From Podarcis gaigeae (taxonomy: Eukaryota), in NCBI GenBank assembly GCA_964106915.2, contig OZ066917.1: a stretch of DNA of 64,000 nt; one strand, written 5' to 3'. The position numbers and the translations under genes were made by a program. Every line of letters begins with the position of its first letter. Within the stretch, counting starts at the first letter, position 1. The notes under the pieces were generated by a model that saw only the letters and a list, made by a program, of their open reading frames with translations, did no database searches and was not told the origin of the DNA. Of this stretch, positions 60,067-64,000 are shown one piece after another.

Positions 60067-60664
60067 GTGATGATGATGTAGCTGCCCTCTCCAGTGTATA
60101 ACTATAAAAATATGTAATGGTTTTAACAAAAGCAATGGTCTGATGTGTGGATTGAAAATAATACATAGGAAACTGGTGTAGCTTGCAGGCTAAGAGTGTT
60201 TTAAGAAGTCCCTGGTTTCTGTACATACTTATTAAGAAGAAGGAAATCCTTGAATTCAGTGGGGCTTTTTTCCATGTGGGTAATTCTGGGATTGCAACCT
60301 TTTTAGTCAAACCATTACCTCTTGGATTCTACCTCTATCTATAATATAGCTTATTTTACACAGCATTAGTTTGTTAATGTTTGTGAAGTAGCTGGAACAT
60401 CTGAAGTACATTACTGTATCTAAAATCTGAAAATAAATTCAGTCCATTCTGAAACAGCAAAGATGTCACTATTTATTGAATTCTGTATCTTCAGTGCTGT
60501 CCGAGAAATGTAATGCTTTCCAGTTGCATCTACAGTAACGAGACCGCAAAAATTCTCATGCTGCTCATATATAATTGAGGGTGCTTGGTGACACATAAAG
60601 TTCAGTCCTGATGTGACACTCCCAGCCACCCCTAAAAAAATCTGTCTGCTTTGGAGCAGGGCAA

Positions 60665-60704
60665 ACAAAATGGACACCCATAATACAAAATGGACACCCA
60701 TAAT
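60665..60704. repeat. Perfect 20-bp tandem duplication (ACAAAATGGACACCCATAAT)x2
   Basis: Seen directly. Confidence 0.9.
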
Positions 60705-60770
60705 CTAGTTAAGCAGCAGCAAAATTCCAATAGCTCTGTTTTTACTTTTAAAATATAATGTAATCTTTTA

Positions 60771-61346
60771 CCATATTTTTCATCCCATAGGACGCTCCGT
60801 CCCATAGGACGCACCTAGTTCTTTTTTTTGGGGGGGGAAATAAAGGAAAAAATGTTTTCCTTTATTTCTCCCCCAAAACCAGGCCGGGGAACAGCAGGAT
60901 GGCAGCGCTGCGCGTCCCCGCTGTCCCCCGAGCTTGTGGGGCTGGCCGATGTCTGCCTGGCGCGAGGGGCGCTGTGCTTCAGGGTGTGTTGTGCGCCGGG
61001 CGGCAGGCTGCTATCCGCAGCGTGGGGAGCCCTGCGGGAACTCCCGCAAGGCTGCCTAGGCTGCGGATGTGTTCCCGAAGCGCCGGGCGCTCTGCTTTCG
61101 GGGTGCCCGGCGCTCCAGGAAGCAGGCTGCTATCCGCAGCCTAGACAGCCCTGCGGGAACTCCCGCAGGACTGCCTAGGCTGCGGATGTCTTCCTGAAGC
61201 CTGGAGAGCGAGAGGGGTCGGTGCGCACCGACCCCTCTCGCTCTCCAAGCTTCAGCGAAAGCCTGCATTCGCCCCATAGGACGCACCCAGATTTCCCCTT
61301 CATTTTTGGAGGGGAAAAAGTGCGTCCTATGGGGCGAAAAATACGG
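60771..61346. mobile_element. Non-autonomous Tc1/mariner-pogo-type DNA transposon (576 bp)
   Basis: TA on both sides (60769-70, 61347-48); TIRs CCATATTTTTCATCCCATAGGACGC / GCGTCCTATGGGGCGAAAAATACGG; internal repeats of CCCATAGGACGC; GC-rich hairpin interior; no transposase ORF. Confidence 0.88.
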
Positions 61347-63404
61347 TATATTAATTTAAGTAACTATGTAAGTATAGTTCTATAGAACGTATGCTCACTT
61401 GTGGATCAGTGGTTATGGAAGTGATAGCAGTGCTAGCAGTGATCCACTTCACCCTTTCAGTACTCAACCCTTTCACACAGCTTCACACATTGCATTTGGG
61501 TTACACATAGGCATCTGGTTGGCTACCATGAGAACAGGATGCTGGACTAGATAGGCCAACAGGATCTTGTTACATCCTTATTGAGATGACCTGCTGTGCT
61601 TGCTCATGGCTCAAATCCTTCTTCAGAAAAGAATGGGGGTGCGTAACATCAGTCCCTATGTTTGGCTGGCAGTATGAAGCCTTTGCATTGGCCAACATAC
61701 TTAAATCTTTGCCTACTGTCCAGGGCCAACCCATGACATTTTGCTGCCTGAGACAAAGTACAAGATGGCGTTCTCCCCTCCCACAGCTCTACCAATGTAC
61801 AGAAACTGACTGGACTGGCAGCTGAATTTGGTGATGGTAAGGCTGCCCCTGCTTTTCTCTTTGCTTTGTTAATGAAATAGTACATCCCTACTTCAGCCAT
61901 TTGACTTGGCAGATCCTATGCTAAAGAACATCCCCTCTGTTAAAGGCATATGTTTAATATACATAAAGTATTATGCGTGTACGCATTGAAGTTAAAATGC
62001 TATGCAGAGAGGTTTACATTAGGCAAGAGAGGTTTGTCAATGAAAGGCTTGGTGTTTCTGTTTCAGTCTTTAGGTTAATCAATGATTGCAGGGGAAACCC
62101 AAGGGATCTCTCACAGCAGGAAGGTGAAACTTGAGAACTTAGCGTTTTAGTTCGTCCTTACAGCCAGCAGCAGTAGAAGCTCAGCTCAGTGATCCTGAGC
62201 AAGCAAGATGCTTGGATAGGATCTCTCTGAGTCCAGAGAGAGGAGAGTTTTTGGACTGTAATAAGGACTAAAATGAAGTCTGGGCCACATTGCTAGTTTG
62301 TTAAATTGCAATGTATTACTTTGTATTTTTGCAATGCTTTATTTTGTAACTAGCCTAAGACAGTTTTGCAGTAAAACTTTTGAAACTCATTCATTTCTAC
62401 TCTGCATAAGGTACAGAGCAGTCATTCCACTTGCAACAACTTTTAACACCCTTTAAAATAGATTCAGTTATGGTTGCCCTCAATCCCGGAGTGCAAGATT
62501 GCAGTTTTGAGGTGGATGGATGGGAAAAACACACTCTGGGTTTTTATGGAGCAAACCTCACTCCCCCCGTTTTCATTATACGGCACAAATATTTAATAAG
62601 GTATTTGCTCTGATTAAACTTATAAGGCAGAGCACAGCACATTGGTTTCTGATTCCCTTTCCTAATTGTTATTCAAGAGTGTATGGACATATGTCTTGGC
62701 TGACCCTTCTTGATTCTGCCTGTAGGCATCCCAGAACGCTGTGTTTCTACATTCTCCAGGGTCATTTCTTTCACTTCTTTGGAACATCATTTCTGGAGCA
62801 GATTGGGGAATAGAGATCTATTAAGTTTCTAGCAGTTCTTTCACCTGGTTGGAACAGCCTGCTTGGCTACACACTAAAGGATAAAAAGCCTGATGGCCAT
62901 AAGGTCAAACTTTCAGAGAGAATAAAGCAGGCTTGTGGTATAAGCTGAATATTAATGTCTAGACTGCTGCCTATATTGCAAGCAGAATGCTACAGATACT
63001 TAACTAACAGGGGCTGCTTGAAGTCCCACTGCTGAAATCACCCTTGAAAAATGGCAAGGAATATCAGAGTGTAAAGGATTCATTTGCATTCCTTGCCCTA
63101 CTGTTTTGTTCTTAACATCACTGTTTTTTTGTTTTATACTTAATATTGAATATTGCTGTTTATTTTTATATCACCTTTTAGCTCCAAGGAGCCCCAAGTA
63201 TACCCCCAAACAGGTTTTTAAAAAACCTTGCTGAGAATTTCGCTTCCACAACCATACCATCATCTGAAAAGATACTTCTGATCACAAGCTCTGGGCAGAA
63301 GGACCTCCCTTTTCTCTAATTGTATGACTTTTAAATGGACCAAAACCCAGTTTTCTAGGAAACACCTTTATGTCACAGATAATCACCATAACACAGCATT
63401 TTTC

Positions 63405-63522
63405 AGAGAGGCAGCTGTGTTAATCTGATGCACCAAAAACAAAGAAGAATCTTGTGGTACCAATGTAGACTAACCAATTTTATTACAAGGTTTTGTGGAC
63501 TAGAGCTCACTTCATTGTATGC
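63405..63522. mobile_element. Penelope-like terminal fragment
   Basis: cagagaggcagctgtgttaatctg..caaaaacaaag..cttgtggtacc..agactaac..atttt...cacttcat. Confidence 0.55.
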
Positions 63523-64000
63523 CTTTTATTTCAGAACCACCACAGTTCCACAGATGTTGGTGAAAGATGTCATCAATCCCCAGAGCCCTTGTTTTTCTGA
63601 AAAAATGATAATAGTAATCTCTCATCCTCTGTAACACAAGAAGTTTAAGGGAAGTGTGAGGACCATAGCAGGAGGCTGCTGTCTCATATTTCTTACCTGT
63701 TGCAATACATTTGTTTTTTTCCACCAGATTGTGTACCAGCAGACATGAAAATCGATAAGGGTACCATCTGGTGTGCAATGCAATGTAAAACATGCTTACC
63801 TGACGAACTTTGACCACCTACACCCACTAGAAAATATTTCTATTCATTAGTGTTTAATATTTTTCAGTTCTTCACAAATATAGATCAGTGACACTGATGT
63901 TTGCAAATCTACAGCAGTCTTTGTAAAGTTTCAGTTCACTTATAGAGCATTTTGTTCTGGTGCTTGCAGAAGTGGGGAACATATTAACGGGTTGTTGTGT

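Noticed and set aside
33000-64000. Exons of neighbouring genes (PCCA on this side, CLYBL on the other, by recalled mammalian synteny)
   Set aside because: No ORF or exon resembling these enzymes was recognisable; very small exons could be missed by eye.

Overview
Vertebrate DNA, almost certainly a squamate and probably a lacertid lizard (lacertid-type Sauria SINE, plus CR1, L2 and Penelope relics). The window holds the head-to-head ZIC5-ZIC2 zinc-finger gene pair. ZIC5 is on the - strand with 2 coding exons (13251 or 13392..12201, and 7417..6966). ZIC2 is on the + strand with 3 coding exons (26957..28049, 30455..30618, 31049..31399; 535 aa). About 31 kb with no recognisable coding exons follows, rich in candidate enhancers. 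Most notable observations: (1) the last 245 bp of coding exon 1 of the two ancient paralogs form a 96.7%-identical inverted repeat with only one synonymous difference, whereas their exon-2 finger codons differ at about half of the shared residues, which suggests local gene conversion; (2) a ~90-bp palindromic, TAA-flanked MITE-like element is scattered in many decayed copies, sometimes in clusters; (3) a ~41-kb CpG-retaining domain (~9.2-50.3 kb) has fairly sharp edges; (4) the ZIC proteins show apparently lineage-specific changes (ZOC Thr->Pro, relocated poly-Ala tracts, His-tract microduplication, compact ZIC5 finger 1). All alignments were done by eye, and comparisons with human proteins and repeat consensi are from memory and need database confirmation.
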